A stretch of 46,720 nt of DNA, from positions 1 through 46,720 of the forward strand of contig CAZVTA010000003.1 in assembly GCA_964629815.1 (NCBI GenBank), written 5' to 3'. The position numbers were made by a program, and so were the translations under genes. The DNA is from an uncultured Candidatus Saccharibacteria bacterium (GTDB lineage: Bacteria > Patescibacteriota > Saccharimonadia > Saccharimonadales > AWTP1-31). The notes below the pieces were generated by a model. It had not been told where the DNA came from, did not search any database, and worked only from the letters and a program-made list of their open reading frames with translations. Of this stretch, positions 31,995 to 41,928 are shown piece after piece (position 1 is the first letter of the stretch; each line of letters begins with the position of its first letter).

Positions 31995-32540
31995 ATGGCA
32001 ATATCACGAATGGTGCGCAATACGGTAGCAGGAGGTGTAGTGGGCTTTGGTGCGATGACAGGAATATCATATGGGATGAGTAGCTTTTTGAATGAGAGTC
32101 CAGAAACACTGCGTAGTAATATCGATGACATCGAGAAAGAAGGGGATAGGCTTGATACACGCAAGAAAGAAATTGCGGAAGAAATCGGAGCAGCGTGCTT
32201 TGCCCTGCTCGAACCGATTTACGAACAGGGTATGCAATTCGACGCGGCAGTTGTACGTTTAGCACGAAATCCAGATGGTGCGGTGTGTGGAGAAACCGAA
32301 GAACAAGTGACTACAGCGGTTGGAAAAGTATCTGGCATTATCGCCGATATAGGAGCGAACAATATAGCCTTAACTGCTGAACAGAACGATCTTAATCGAG
32401 TTATTAAGGATCGTAATATACACTGGGCATTTGGGGGATTCGGTGGGTTGTTTGGTGTGTTGCATATGGCTCTCGAAACCAGGAGAAGCATTCGTAGAGA
32501 AGAGCGCGAGCAACAGACAGAAATAGCTAACCAGCAATAG
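31995..32540 (+). CDS. Hypothetical protein with N- and C-terminal hydrophobic segments
   Basis: AGGAG SD 7 nt upstream; no motif. Confidence 0.5.
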   Translation: MAISRMVRNTVAGGVVGFGAMTGISYGMSSFLNESPETLRSNIDDIEKEGDRLDTRKKEIAEEIGAACFALLEPIYEQGMQFDAAVVRLARNPDGAVCGETEEQVTTAVGKVSGIIADIGANNIALTAEQNDLNRVIKDRNIHWAFGGFGGLFGVLHMALETRRSIRREEREQQTEIANQQ

Positions 32541-32569
32541 TTGACACGCAATTACAAAAGTAGTATAAT
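32541..32569 (+). promoter_or_regulatory. Consensus sigma70-type promoter abutting the start codon (leaderless)
   Basis: TTGACA (32541-46), 17-nt spacer, TATAAT (32564-69), then 9 nt to ATG 32579. No SD. Confidence 0.65.
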
Positions 32570-32578
32570 ATAGCTCTT

Positions 32579-34600
32579 ATGACACCAAGTAGCCCTACCC
32601 CAGAGCAGGATGTGCTCGCACGTTATTTTGAAGTAGCTGGCGAAAGAGATAATCTTTCGACATTGCTCGATAGTGCAACAGAGCTTGTACGACCCGTTAT
32701 TGAAACAGCATTACAGGCGGCTGATGCCGAGTTAACGAGTTTAGAATCGCAAAAGCGCGTTCGGCAGGAGCTAACTGCTGTTGGTGAGCAAGTTGCAGCT
32801 TCGTTATCACAGATTGATGCACTAGCAAGCGCGGTGGAGCTAGGTCTTATTAAACCAGAAGTTGTAGAAGCACAGAGAGAAGCAATTATAAGCGACGAAA
32901 GAAGTGCTCGTGCCTTAGACTTTATGAAGCGCGCAGGTCTACTCGAGGGAGCTGGAGTTTCCGTAGAGAAGGTGCCAGAACCTAAGACTTCAAAAGTTCC
33001 TGCGGAGCAAAAAGAACAAAAAACTTCAAACCCCGAGATTGTAATTTCTATCCACGGCAATGGCGTGCGGATTGGTACTCGTGGCAAGTTCGTTCGACTT
33101 GCAGGTGCTGGTGTTGAATTGCGTGATCAGCGTGACTATAGCGAAGAACGCAAAAAAGTTCTGAAAGTTCTTGTAGAAAATGCAGGCACAGAACTTAGTG
33201 CAACCGAGCTATGGGAAGCGGCTTTTCCTGGCGAAGAACTTGATAGAAATGTTATTCGACAAATAAAAAACTGGTTTGAAGGATTAACATATCGTGGCGT
33301 TCCAATTATTGTACATAATGGTAAGCGCGGACCAGGATCAGCCTATAGTATTCCTAACCCGAATGTTCGGGTTGCAGAAGTTGTTACGACCAAGTCTGCG
33401 AAACAAGCAATTGACCAAGAGTCGGTAGCAGTTACTTCGCCTGCCGAGATTGTGTCCACCCAGACAGCGGCAGTTGATGCGCAACTACCAGTGGTTGAAT
33501 CTCCTGTGGAGGTTAAGAAGGCCCCTGTGTTTCCTGTTAAATTCCCGCTGAGCCAGGCCGAATCAGCCATCCTGGCCGAATTCTTAGATCTAAAACGAGA
33601 CTTACTCGAGGCTTTTGACATACCGGTTATTGACCCGGGCATTTCAGATAAAATCCATGAAGGCCTTAAGACTACAAAGATTGCCGAAACAATGGCAGAG
33701 TATGGCGGCGATGTTAGTCGGGCACGTAAGAGTATTATTTCGAAAGTTCATGAATACTTTATGGATGAAGACATGGTTATGGATGATATTACTAACATGT
33801 CTGAACGGGACTATCGATACGGGTTGTTCGAGTATCTCTTTACTTTTGATTACGAAGACCGAGTTGTATTGCTTGAAAAACTTGCCACATCGGTGCCAGT
33901 CACAGAGATAAGCATGCAAAACCAGGGTGGTGTATTTTCATCAGGAGTTGTTATTACAGGCACTGAAATGAAGCACGTGGATGATCAGGGTAATCTGCTG
34001 CTTGGCGATGAGGATGTATCGGATGATGAAAGCCATGCCAAGTCCTTAAGTGTTGATGACCAGGCTTCTGATACTCCGATTTACTTCGACCTTTCACTTG
34101 ATGCATCTGTCGCTACATCAGAGACCGACGGACTTGCCGCAGAAGATGCAATATCTGCTGATGACGTATCTGAGATAGATGAAGACGATGCATCGGCGAC
34201 AGAGGAGTCTGGGCACGCACGTTCTGAGAGCACAAAACCGGAATGGTTAGTTGATTTCATCGCAGAAGTTCATGATCAGATTTCGTTGTTTGAAGAAGAT
34301 GGTCTTATGACAAGCGCAGATGGTGTAACTCGAAAAGTTATGAACGTTATGTCATCATCTACAATAATGGGTACCGATGAAAATCTAAGGCGTGGTGTTG
34401 CAAATGGAATTATTAAGCAAAGTAAAACAGGCCGTCGAAACGAAGAAAGCATTTCAATGAGCAGATGGATCTGTTTAGCTCTTCAGAACGCAAATCCACA
34501 AATTTTTACAAACAGGACACGTCGTCGACAGGCAATTGCTGCAGTTGAAGAAATCGTAGCCGGCTATTTTGCTGCACGCGAACGAAAAGCTGCTGAGTAA
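32579..34600 (+). CDS. Large (673 aa) acidic hypothetical protein
   Basis: Long ORF with a coiled-coil-like N-terminus, a possible winged-helix-like middle region, and a D/E-rich segment. No motif recognised. Confidence 0.6.
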   Translation: MTPSSPTPEQDVLARYFEVAGERDNLSTLLDSATELVRPVIETALQAADAELTSLESQKRVRQELTAVGEQVAASLSQIDALASAVELGLIKPEVVEAQREAIISDERSARALDFMKRAGLLEGAGVSVEKVPEPKTSKVPAEQKEQKTSNPEIVISIHGNGVRIGTRGKFVRLAGAGVELRDQRDYSEERKKVLKVLVENAGTELSATELWEAAFPGEELDRNVIRQIKNWFEGLTYRGVPIIVHNGKRGPGSAYSIPNPNVRVAEVVTTKSAKQAIDQESVAVTSPAEIVSTQTAAVDAQLPVVESPVEVKKAPVFPVKFPLSQAESAILAEFLDLKRDLLEAFDIPVIDPGISDKIHEGLKTTKIAETMAEYGGDVSRARKSIISKVHEYFMDEDMVMDDITNMSERDYRYGLFEYLFTFDYEDRVVLLEKLATSVPVTEISMQNQGGVFSSGVVITGTEMKHVDDQGNLLLGDEDVSDDESHAKSLSVDDQASDTPIYFDLSLDASVATSETDGLAAEDAISADDVSEIDEDDASATEESGHARSESTKPEWLVDFIAEVHDQISLFEEDGLMTSADGVTRKVMNVMSSSTIMGTDENLRRGVANGIIKQSKTGRRNEESISMSRWICLALQNANPQIFTNRTRRRQAIAAVEEIVAGYFAARERKAAE

Positions 34601-34638
34601 CATGGTTTCGCGTTCGCGAAGCGTGTATAATTTTACCG

Positions 34639-35040
34639 ATGGCAGAAACGAATAAACAAACCAATCCTTTTGCCGAGCATGGCTACCCGCCAGAACTATT
34701 AGATATTGCAGCACGTGCATTGAAGCGAGGTCCTCGCGGCCAGGGAGTGGATCAGACGGTAGTCTATGAAGGCGAGCAAGCAATTCTTCCAAAAGGAACA
34801 ACGGTGCATTTTGGCGAGCGACAGCGAGAAATTATAACAGCGTTGGTAGATAACGCTCGTGGCGAAGAATCGGCCCGTAGCGTTGGTTTTGGCGTAATGT
34901 CGGTCATGATTCGATCGGCGTATGAACTACCAGAGAGTCATGGCTATTATCCAGAGGGCTGGGGCTATTATGCCGTTGAGGGTAGCGGATACTTCGATAA
35001 GCTGGCTGCATTGCGAGATATAGCAAAAAAAGACCAGTAG
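34639..35040 (+). CDS. Hypothetical protein
   Basis: TATAAT (34626-31) lies 7 nt upstream of the ATG. No motif. Confidence 0.5.
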   Translation: MAETNKQTNPFAEHGYPPELLDIAARALKRGPRGQGVDQTVVYEGEQAILPKGTTVHFGERQREIITALVDNARGEESARSVGFGVMSVMIRSAYELPESHGYYPEGWGYYAVEGSGYFDKLAALRDIAKKDQ

Positions 35041-35047
35041 GTAGATA

Positions 35048-35076
35048 TTGACACTTTACCATAAGTATAATATAAT
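35048..35076 (+). promoter_or_regulatory. Consensus sigma70-type promoter abutting the start codon (leaderless)
   Basis: TTGACA (35048-53), 17-nt spacer, TATAAT (35071-76), then 8 nt to ATG 35085. No SD. Confidence 0.65.
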
Positions 35077-35084
35077 ATTTTCTT

Positions 35085-35579
35085 ATGTCTTCGTATTTAT
35101 CAAATTCTGAAACAGATGTATTTTTGGCTGCCGCACAGTCTATGCAATATCGTGGTTTTGACCAAATGCCGTTAACAACACCGGTACATGCAGCGGGTGA
35201 TGTTTTGCATCCTATTGTAGGATCACTCAACTTACAATGCTTTGATAAGAGTGAACTTATGTATCGTTTCGAGGAATTGTCACAACGGCGGTATCGACTA
35301 GGCATAACTCCGACTGAGCCAGGTACTGAAATTGGCGAACCAATGTATTCCCCCGATGAGCATTTGTCAGATATTGGGAAGGTATATTCCTATCGTGGTG
35401 TTGGCTATACAGCACTCTGTTTCGAGGTTGCGCTTAGCCCGGTGCATAGTGCAGAGATAACGGCGAGCGGCATTACACAAGATGGCACCGAAGTGCTACT
35501 GCCAAATACGCAACCAAACGCTCACTCTTTGCTGTACGTTGCCATGAGCCAGTTGTATTATCGTATTCGTCAGCGCTAA
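35085..35579 (+). CDS. Hypothetical protein
   Basis: ORF directly downstream of a consensus promoter. No motif. Confidence 0.5.
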   Translation: MSSYLSNSETDVFLAAAQSMQYRGFDQMPLTTPVHAAGDVLHPIVGSLNLQCFDKSELMYRFEELSQRRYRLGITPTEPGTEIGEPMYSPDEHLSDIGKVYSYRGVGYTALCFEVALSPVHSAEITASGITQDGTEVLLPNTQPNAHSLLYVAMSQLYYRIRQR

Positions 35580-35673
35580 AACGTAAAGAGTGTTGTAACG
35601 TTTGTCTTGTCTGTGCAGGCAAGGCAAAACGATGGTATACTAGCATTTGCGTAGATAAAAAAGAGGGAAATAC

Positions 35674-35859
35674 ATGCATCAATTTGCATATTTAGACCCG
35701 GGTTCCGGGAGTCTGTTTATACAAGTGGTCTTAGGAGTATTGCTGGCTGGTGCTGTTGTTGTTCGTGCATTCTTTGGTGGGATTGTTAGCAGAATAAAAT
35801 CATTATTCTCGCGGAAGGACAGTTCAAAAAAGAATGAAAAAGACAAAGAAACCAAGTAG
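35674..35859 (+). CDS. Small single-TM protein with a Lys-rich tail
   Basis: AGAGGGA SD and a TM segment LFIQVVLGVLLAGAVVV. Confidence 0.4.
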   Translation: MHQFAYLDPGSGSLFIQVVLGVLLAGAVVVRAFFGGIVSRIKSLFSRKDSSKKNEKDKETK

Positions 35860-37240
35860 GCATAGTACACAAGCACAACATGTTTCTGGTTCATTTCGTG
35901 ATCCGGCGGGGTTTGTTTTTCGTGCCTCTAATGGAAAAGTTTATCGCCAGGTAAATAAAGTAGCCCAAGCTGATTACGACACTTTAATGACGAGTGGACT
36001 TTATACTGAACTTGTTAAGTATTCTTTAATAGTTCCTCACAAAAAAGCCAACATGAGCTTGGCGCAATCAAAAGACGCATATACGATTATAAGCCCCGAA
36101 CAGATCCCGTTTGTAAGCTTTCCGTTTGAATGGTCATTTTCTCAGCTAAAAGATGCTGCGCTTACTACGCTACGAATTCAGAAGATTGCCCTTCGTTATG
36201 GCATGAGCTTGAAAGACGCATCTGCATATAATATTCAGTTCTACAAAGACAAGCCTGTCTTTATTGACACTTTGTCATTTGAATTAAAAAAACCCGGCAA
36301 GCCATGGCAGGCCTATCGGCAGTTTTGCCAACACTTCCTTGCCCCGTTAGCATTAATGTCCTTTACAGACGTTAATTTATCTCAGCTACTGCGTGTTCAT
36401 ATCGACGGTATACCCTTGCAACTTGCGAGCAAGTTGCTGCCGGCCAAAGCAAAAGTGCGACCAGGAACTGCAATGCATATTGTTATGCATGCACGTGCAC
36501 AAAATGCAAAACAAGCCGAACACAAAAAAACTGAGGGGGCGGTTTCCGATAACGCGCTGAAGGGTATATTGGAAAGTCTAGAGCGCACAATAGCAGGCAT
36601 GTATCAACCGAAAAGCTACAGCGAATGGGGCGATTACTATAGCAATACCAATTACACCGCAAACGCTACGAACAGTAAAACGCGGCAGGTTGTCGATATG
36701 ATCGCAAAGACTGGGGCTAACTCGGTTCTTGATTTTGGCGGCAATAATGGAAAGTTTAGTCGAGCTTTGCACAAGCAAGCGATATTCACTGTATGTACGG
36801 ATATCGACCCCAATGCTGTAGAAGCAAACTACATTTACAGCAAAGAGCATAACGAAGAATTGATGTTGCCGTTGCTGGTTGATGTTACGAATCCGGGTGG
36901 TGCGCTTGGCTGGCAGAACACCGAGCGTGAACCAATACACGAACGACTAAAATGTGACACCGTAATGGCGCTCGCAATTATTCATCACTTAGCTATTTCG
37001 AATAATTTACCACTGGTGCGCATTGCCGAGTATCTGGCAAAATTTGCGTCATATTTATTAATTGAGTTTGTTCCCAAATCTGATAGCCAAGTTAAAAAAA
37101 TGTTATCGACCAGAGAAGATATATTTCCAGATTACGATGAAGAAGGATTTAAAAAAGCCTTTGGCGTGCATTATCGACTGATTGACGAGCAAAAAGTAAA
37201 GGGCACAAAACGAACGCTCTATTTGTTCAAGAAAAGATAA
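35834..37240 (+). CDS. Class I SAM-dependent methyltransferase (NoeA-like, two-domain)
   Basis: SAM motif VLDFGGNNG with acidic loop CTDID. The N-terminal domain pattern FRDP.GFVF resembles NoeA-like proteins as I recall them. Confidence 0.65.
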   Translation: MKKTKKPSRHSTQAQHVSGSFRDPAGFVFRASNGKVYRQVNKVAQADYDTLMTSGLYTELVKYSLIVPHKKANMSLAQSKDAYTIISPEQIPFVSFPFEWSFSQLKDAALTTLRIQKIALRYGMSLKDASAYNIQFYKDKPVFIDTLSFELKKPGKPWQAYRQFCQHFLAPLALMSFTDVNLSQLLRVHIDGIPLQLASKLLPAKAKVRPGTAMHIVMHARAQNAKQAEHKKTEGAVSDNALKGILESLERTIAGMYQPKSYSEWGDYYSNTNYTANATNSKTRQVVDMIAKTGANSVLDFGGNNGKFSRALHKQAIFTVCTDIDPNAVEANYIYSKEHNEELMLPLLVDVTNPGGALGWQNTEREPIHERLKCDTVMALAIIHHLAISNNLPLVRIAEYLAKFASYLLIEFVPKSDSQVKKMLSTREDIFPDYDEEGFKKAFGVHYRLIDEQKVKGTKRTLYLFKKR

Positions 37241-39039
37241 TGGCGAACCCCATAGACTTTGACGCACCCGAATTGCAGCAACGTGAGTTTGTTATCAATC
37301 TTCGTGAAATTGTTTCATCTAAAATAGTTCGTTTTCTGATGTTGTTCTTGACTTCATGGTTGGTGCTTCTCGGCTTTTTTATGCGTGCTTTTCTAGAAAA
37401 CATGAATTATGTAGAAGTATTCCCGCATGAAATTTTGTTTCCTGTACTGCTCAATGCCGCCACGGCGTTTGTGGTTGCAGCAATAATTTCGGTTTTCAAA
37501 AAAAGGTCATTGTTTGCAAAAAGTGTTGCCGTCGTTTTGCTATCACTATTTATGGTCAATTATGACACACGACTTGGGTCTGTAGCAGAGCTTCTTAAGG
37601 CCATCTTCCCGTTCTTATCATCGGGCGATGCTTTGGGTTATGTTAGTATCGTTTTTATTATTACGCTGGCGTGTGGAACTATATTTCTGGCAGGCAAGGT
37701 AGAGCAGCTCGTTGCACGGCAGAGTCGAATCAAAAGAAAAGATTTTTCTTTAGCGCTTGCTGTTTTGGTACTGTATTTATTTGTTGTTCCGCTTATTACG
37801 TTCACGCAAATTATGAGCGAAGTAACAAAGCAAGCACGTGCGCAGTCACCAGCTCTAGGTAGATCATCGAATCAGGCGGAAAAGCCAGATATTTATTACA
37901 TCGTGCTCGATCGTTATACAAATAATCATGTTTTGGCTACGCAGTTTAATTTTGATAACGCTGCGTTTACAAGCTACCTCGAACAGAATAAATTCTATGT
38001 AAACAAAAATGCGTATGGAAATTACCCATATACGGCCATGTCGATCGCCTCCACCTTAAGCGCTGATTATCTTGACCGCGTAGTTGAACCACATAAAGAC
38101 GATACTGTGCAGAGTCGAACACTGTATCATAATCTCATTTGGAATTCCCAAGTAATCAACGCCTTGCAAGAAGCAGGGTACGAGTATCATTCCATTGGCT
38201 CTCGCTATGGAACAACGTATAAGGCGCCAAAAGCGAGCATAGAATATATCTGGAACGCCAAGATCGCGGGCCTTGGAACTGCCAAGCGACTACGCGGAAT
38301 TGAGATGTATGAGTTTCTTAAGTCGCCGTTTCGTAGGTTGTTTGAGCTTCGATGGTCGCCTTTGAAGCTTACTCAACAAGACGACATAGCGCAGGCGCGT
38401 GAGCAAATAAAAGCATTACGTGATATATCGGAAAAGCCTTCTGGTGGGAGGTTTGTGTTTGCTCATATATTAGTGCCGCACGATCCGTTTATATTTAATG
38501 CTGACGGATCGTACAGTACCCGATCTGGCGTGGACAGCCTCGGTAGGCCAATAAAGGATAAGTATGTTGGACAGGTGCAGTTTATTAACAACCAAATGCA
38601 GCAAATTATAGATACGATACAGAAGCGGAGCAACGGGCAGGCAGTTATACTACTGAACTCAGACGAAGGGCCATACCCCCAATCAATGAATGATTCGTTT
38701 CTTAATCCACAGTCTCATTATAAGGTCAATGAAGCGATTGCCAACGACGAAGACATGCGTACATGGAGCGATGATTGGCTGAAGATGAAATTTGGCATAC
38801 AGCAAGCGGTTCATATCCCTCGAGCAACTGCAGAAGATCTGCAAAATCTTTCGAGCGTGAATTTGTTTAGAGTAGTGCTTAACCGCTACGCAGGGCAAAG
38901 TCTAACCTATTTGCCCCAATGTCACTATGGCATAAGTAATGGAACAAAGCGTGAGTTTAATTTCGTAGATATAACGCGTACATTTGAGTCACTCATAGAT
39001 GAATCGTGCAGCCAAAAGCAAAGCTTGCCGTCTCGGTAG
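37240..39039 (+). CDS. Polytopic membrane protein with a C-terminal sulfatase/LtaS-like (alkaline-phosphatase superfamily) domain
   Basis: About 5 N-terminal TM segments, then IYYIVLDRYTN, HILVPHDPF and LNSDEGP. Its start overlaps the upstream stop (TAATG). Confidence 0.6.
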   Translation: MANPIDFDAPELQQREFVINLREIVSSKIVRFLMLFLTSWLVLLGFFMRAFLENMNYVEVFPHEILFPVLLNAATAFVVAAIISVFKKRSLFAKSVAVVLLSLFMVNYDTRLGSVAELLKAIFPFLSSGDALGYVSIVFIITLACGTIFLAGKVEQLVARQSRIKRKDFSLALAVLVLYLFVVPLITFTQIMSEVTKQARAQSPALGRSSNQAEKPDIYYIVLDRYTNNHVLATQFNFDNAAFTSYLEQNKFYVNKNAYGNYPYTAMSIASTLSADYLDRVVEPHKDDTVQSRTLYHNLIWNSQVINALQEAGYEYHSIGSRYGTTYKAPKASIEYIWNAKIAGLGTAKRLRGIEMYEFLKSPFRRLFELRWSPLKLTQQDDIAQAREQIKALRDISEKPSGGRFVFAHILVPHDPFIFNADGSYSTRSGVDSLGRPIKDKYVGQVQFINNQMQQIIDTIQKRSNGQAVILLNSDEGPYPQSMNDSFLNPQSHYKVNEAIANDEDMRTWSDDWLKMKFGIQQAVHIPRATAEDLQNLSSVNLFRVVLNRYAGQSLTYLPQCHYGISNGTKREFNFVDITRTFESLIDESCSQKQSLPSR

Positions 39040-39042
39040 CTA

Positions 39043-40032
39043 TTATTTGAGGTTGAGTATTTTTGGCAATTTAAAAGTAAAGCGTGCTCCTTTAGCAGTA
39101 TTTTCGGCATAAATACTACCATGATGCGATGCGACAATTTGCTGTGCGATCGAAAGACCGAGTCCGTACCCGCCGTGGGTAGACTTGTTCCTGCTGCTGT
39201 CGCCTCGATAAAATCTTTCAAAAATAAATGGTAAGTCTTTGGTATGAATACCGGGGCCTTGGTCATCTACGCTGACCACAATATGACGTGTGGATTTGTG
39301 CATAGAAACATGAATGCTGCTTTTTTCTGGCGCATACTTTATTGCATTGTCGAGAAGTATTTTCATAAGTTCTGCAATGTTATCTGCATCGCCGTGTACT
39401 TTAGTATTAAGCAAGCTGGAAGTAACAATAATATTTTTTTGCTTGGCATTTTTTTTTGCGCTGCCCACAGCAGACTCAACAATCTCGTCGAGCTGTATAA
39501 TTTCGTTTGTTTTATCGTTGTCTTTGCGCGCTAAACGGAGCAGCCCGTCGATGAGTGCCCGCAGTTTGCCGACTTCTTCAAGATTACTCTCAAGTTGTGC
39601 TCGTAGCTCAGTAGGTTTTGCCTGGGTGTCGCGTAGGGCAACTTGTGTTTCGGTCTGGATGGTAGTGAGTGGGGTACGCAGCTCATGGGAAGCATCGGCG
39701 GTAAAACGACTTTGCGCTTCGAGTGCTTCTTCGATTGGTCGAATGGTTCGTCGTGCAGCAAAATAGCTTATCGTAGCGCCTGCTCCGAGTACTACGAGGT
39801 TAAATAAAATAAGGCTTGTTTGTAATCGGTCTTCTGCTTCGCTAAGTCTTGTAATGCGCAACCGTTCGTAGCCGCTGTCTTCTATGGTGATGGTAAAAGG
39901 TGGGCGGCGCAATCCACGACGAAGTTCGGCGTCGGCGACTCTATATAGGACAAAGCTAAAGATTACTGACAGAAACATTATAAATGACACATACCATAGA
40001 CTGAGCCGTAGTGATGGTGATAATCTCGTCAT
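39043..40032 (-). CDS. Sensor histidine kinase (two TM segments, short extracytoplasmic loop)
   Basis: H box SHELRTPLT, N box LLDNAIKY, G1 DQGPGI, G2 GGYGLGL. Confidence 0.85.
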   Translation of the reverse strand: MTRLSPSLRLSLWYVSFIMFLSVIFSFVLYRVADAELRRGLRRPPFTITIEDSGYERLRITRLSEAEDRLQTSLILFNLVVLGAGATISYFAARRTIRPIEEALEAQSRFTADASHELRTPLTTIQTETQVALRDTQAKPTELRAQLESNLEEVGKLRALIDGLLRLARKDNDKTNEIIQLDEIVESAVGSAKKNAKQKNIIVTSSLLNTKVHGDADNIAELMKILLDNAIKYAPEKSSIHVSMHKSTRHIVVSVDDQGPGIHTKDLPFIFERFYRGDSSRNKSTHGGYGLGLSIAQQIVASHHGSIYAENTAKGARFTFKLPKILNLK

Positions 40033-40700
40033 TATTCTATTTTATATCCAAATCCACGAATGGTATGAAGAAGGGGTTTTCCTTTAAATGGTTTTTCGAT
40101 CTTGTTGCGCAGATAACCCATAAAAACTTCGACTGTATTTGGCAGTACATCCGAATCGTATTCCCATACATGATTTATGATTTTGTCTTTACTGAGTGTA
40201 ACGCCTTTATTGCGCATAAGGTACTCGAGCAGAGCAAACTCTTTACTTGTTAAGTGTAATGTTTTGTCTTTTCGTGTAACAATGAATTTCGCTGGGTCGA
40301 GCGATAGGTCTTTTACGCGGAGTATTGTTGTTTCGCTCTGTTTTGGCCGCCGTAATAATGCACGAATCCGTGCTAATAATTCATCAAAATCGAATGGCTT
40401 AATGAGGTAGTCGTCTGCGCCAATGTTTAGTCCGTCGACCCGATCTTCTACGGTGTCTTTTGCAGTGAGCATTAGTATAGGCGTCATGTCATGTTGTTCT
40501 CGTAACGACCTGCATATCTCCATGCCATCCATGCCAGGTAGCATACGGTCGAGAATAATCACATCATAATCGTCGTTTTCAGCAGCTGCCAAACCCGACT
40601 CGCCATCGTGGCAGACTTCAACGCTGAATCGTTCGAGTTCTAGACCGCGTTTGAGCGCGGTAGCAATCTTTACTTCATCTTCAACAAGTAATAAACGCAT
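40032..40700 (-). CDS. OmpR/PhoB-family response regulator
   Basis: Receiver domain (LLVEDE, ILDRMLPGMDG, LTAKD) plus a winged-helix Trans_reg_C domain. Its stop overlaps the HK start (TAATG). Confidence 0.9.
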   Translation of the reverse strand: MRLLLVEDEVKIATALKRGLELERFSVEVCHDGESGLAAAENDDYDVIILDRMLPGMDGMEICRSLREQHDMTPILMLTAKDTVEDRVDGLNIGADDYLIKPFDFDELLARIRALLRRPKQSETTILRVKDLSLDPAKFIVTRKDKTLHLTSKEFALLEYLMRNKGVTLSKDKIINHVWEYDSDVLPNTVEVFMGYLRNKIEKPFKGKPLLHTIRGFGYKIE

Positions 40701-40734
40701 ATGTCGTAGTGTATCTTTTTAGTGTCTATTTATC

Positions 40735-40770
40735 AAAAGCGACCAGATGCGGCAACTATCTGGTCGCTTT
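40735..40770 (-). terminator. Hairpin terminator between 40863..41222 and the two-component operon
   Basis: Perfect 13-bp stem AAAGCGACCAGAT/ATCTGGTCGCTTT with a 9-nt loop. Short U run on the minus strand. Confidence 0.5.
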
Positions 40771-40862
40771 ACCTATTTGCTAATGTCTATCCGATACCCT
40801 CTCCTTTCTACCGCGCGTTTGCCCAGTAGTAGTATGGTGACATAGCAACCTGAGAAATTGCT

Positions 40863-41222
40863 TTAATCGAGCCCAAAGCTTAAATACGCCGGCACTACAG
40901 TAGAGGTACAGTAATTGACGCTGAGTTTTCCGATTTCAACGTGGGTCGGTCGTTGGCAGTTTTTGGCAATTTCTGCGGACCTATCTACGATTGCCAGTAA
41001 TGCTTCGTGTGCATCTGTCATATCGGACATGCGTGCACTGGCATAGCTTTCTGGTGTGTCGGTTTCCGGTACAGCACGATAGTCGCTGTCTAGAACATGA
41101 GCAACTCCTGCGGCATTGAGGGCATGACCAACGGCAGCCCGGCGAGCTTTGTCGGCTAATCTTCGTTGCACTGGGCAGCCCGGGCAGTTGTTTTCGCAGT
41201 TGGTATCTACAGAACCAAGCAT
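40863..41222 (-). CDS. Hypothetical Cys-containing protein (CENNCPGCP)
   Basis: ORF only; no motif recognised. Confidence 0.45.
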   Translation of the reverse strand: MLGSVDTNCENNCPGCPVQRRLADKARRAAVGHALNAAGVAHVLDSDYRAVPETDTPESYASARMSDMTDAHEALLAIVDRSAEIAKNCQRPTHVEIGKLSVNYCTSTVVPAYLSFGLD

Positions 41223-41406
41223 ACTAGAGTCCTTTCGATTATGTACTAATCGACAATCAATAAAGAGGGTTGATTGTCCGGTTACGCTACTGGCTCCTAT
41301 TTGCTCAAGCGTCCATGTACAAGCAAATACTCATAGCCTACAACCATGTGAATGGTTATATAAACAATAACACTAATGTAATAAAAAGTCAATTTCTCGG
41401 AGTTGA

Positions 41407-41889
41407 TTATGCTTTGCGTTTTGCCGGTTTGCTAACGAACCGGTGATAGCCCAAATACAATACTGTCGCTAGACCAAGCGAGATAACAACAAACACATAT
41501 CGAGTGTTTTGCGATGCAAAACCGCGCCCGATGCCATAAATTAGTGAAAACAACCCACCAAGCATGATGCCGTCTGATAGTAGCTGGATTTTCTTCTCGA
41601 GCAGTATGCTTGCTACAAGCAACATAACGGCCGCAATTAGTACAATGACAGAAACATTGCGGTTATATGGTTTCATTCTTTCGTTGTAGGCTTCTCGTTC
41701 TGTATCCAGTGCCCGCAGTTTTTCTTCCTGCTCGGCTGTGAGTTCTTTTCCGTAAGAATTAATTTCTACGGGATATTTGGGACTGGCAGGTTCAGCATAA
41801 AAGGTACTAATGCCAACACCAATAAATAACGCGATAAGTATACCTACAAAGAACGTGTACACGAGCTGAAGTGTTTTATTGTCTTCCAT
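41407..41889 (-). CDS. Membrane protein, unknown function
   Basis: Four hydrophobic segments with a charged loop. Confidence 0.5.
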   Translation of the reverse strand: MEDNKTLQLVYTFFVGILIALFIGVGISTFYAEPASPKYPVEINSYGKELTAEQEEKLRALDTEREAYNERMKPYNRNVSVIVLIAAVMLLVASILLEKKIQLLSDGIMLGGLFSLIYGIGRGFASQNTRYVFVVISLGLATVLYLGYHRFVSKPAKRKA

Positions 41890-41928
41890 GCTTATAGTGT
41901 ATGCCTATTCAGCGTTAACCACAACGTA

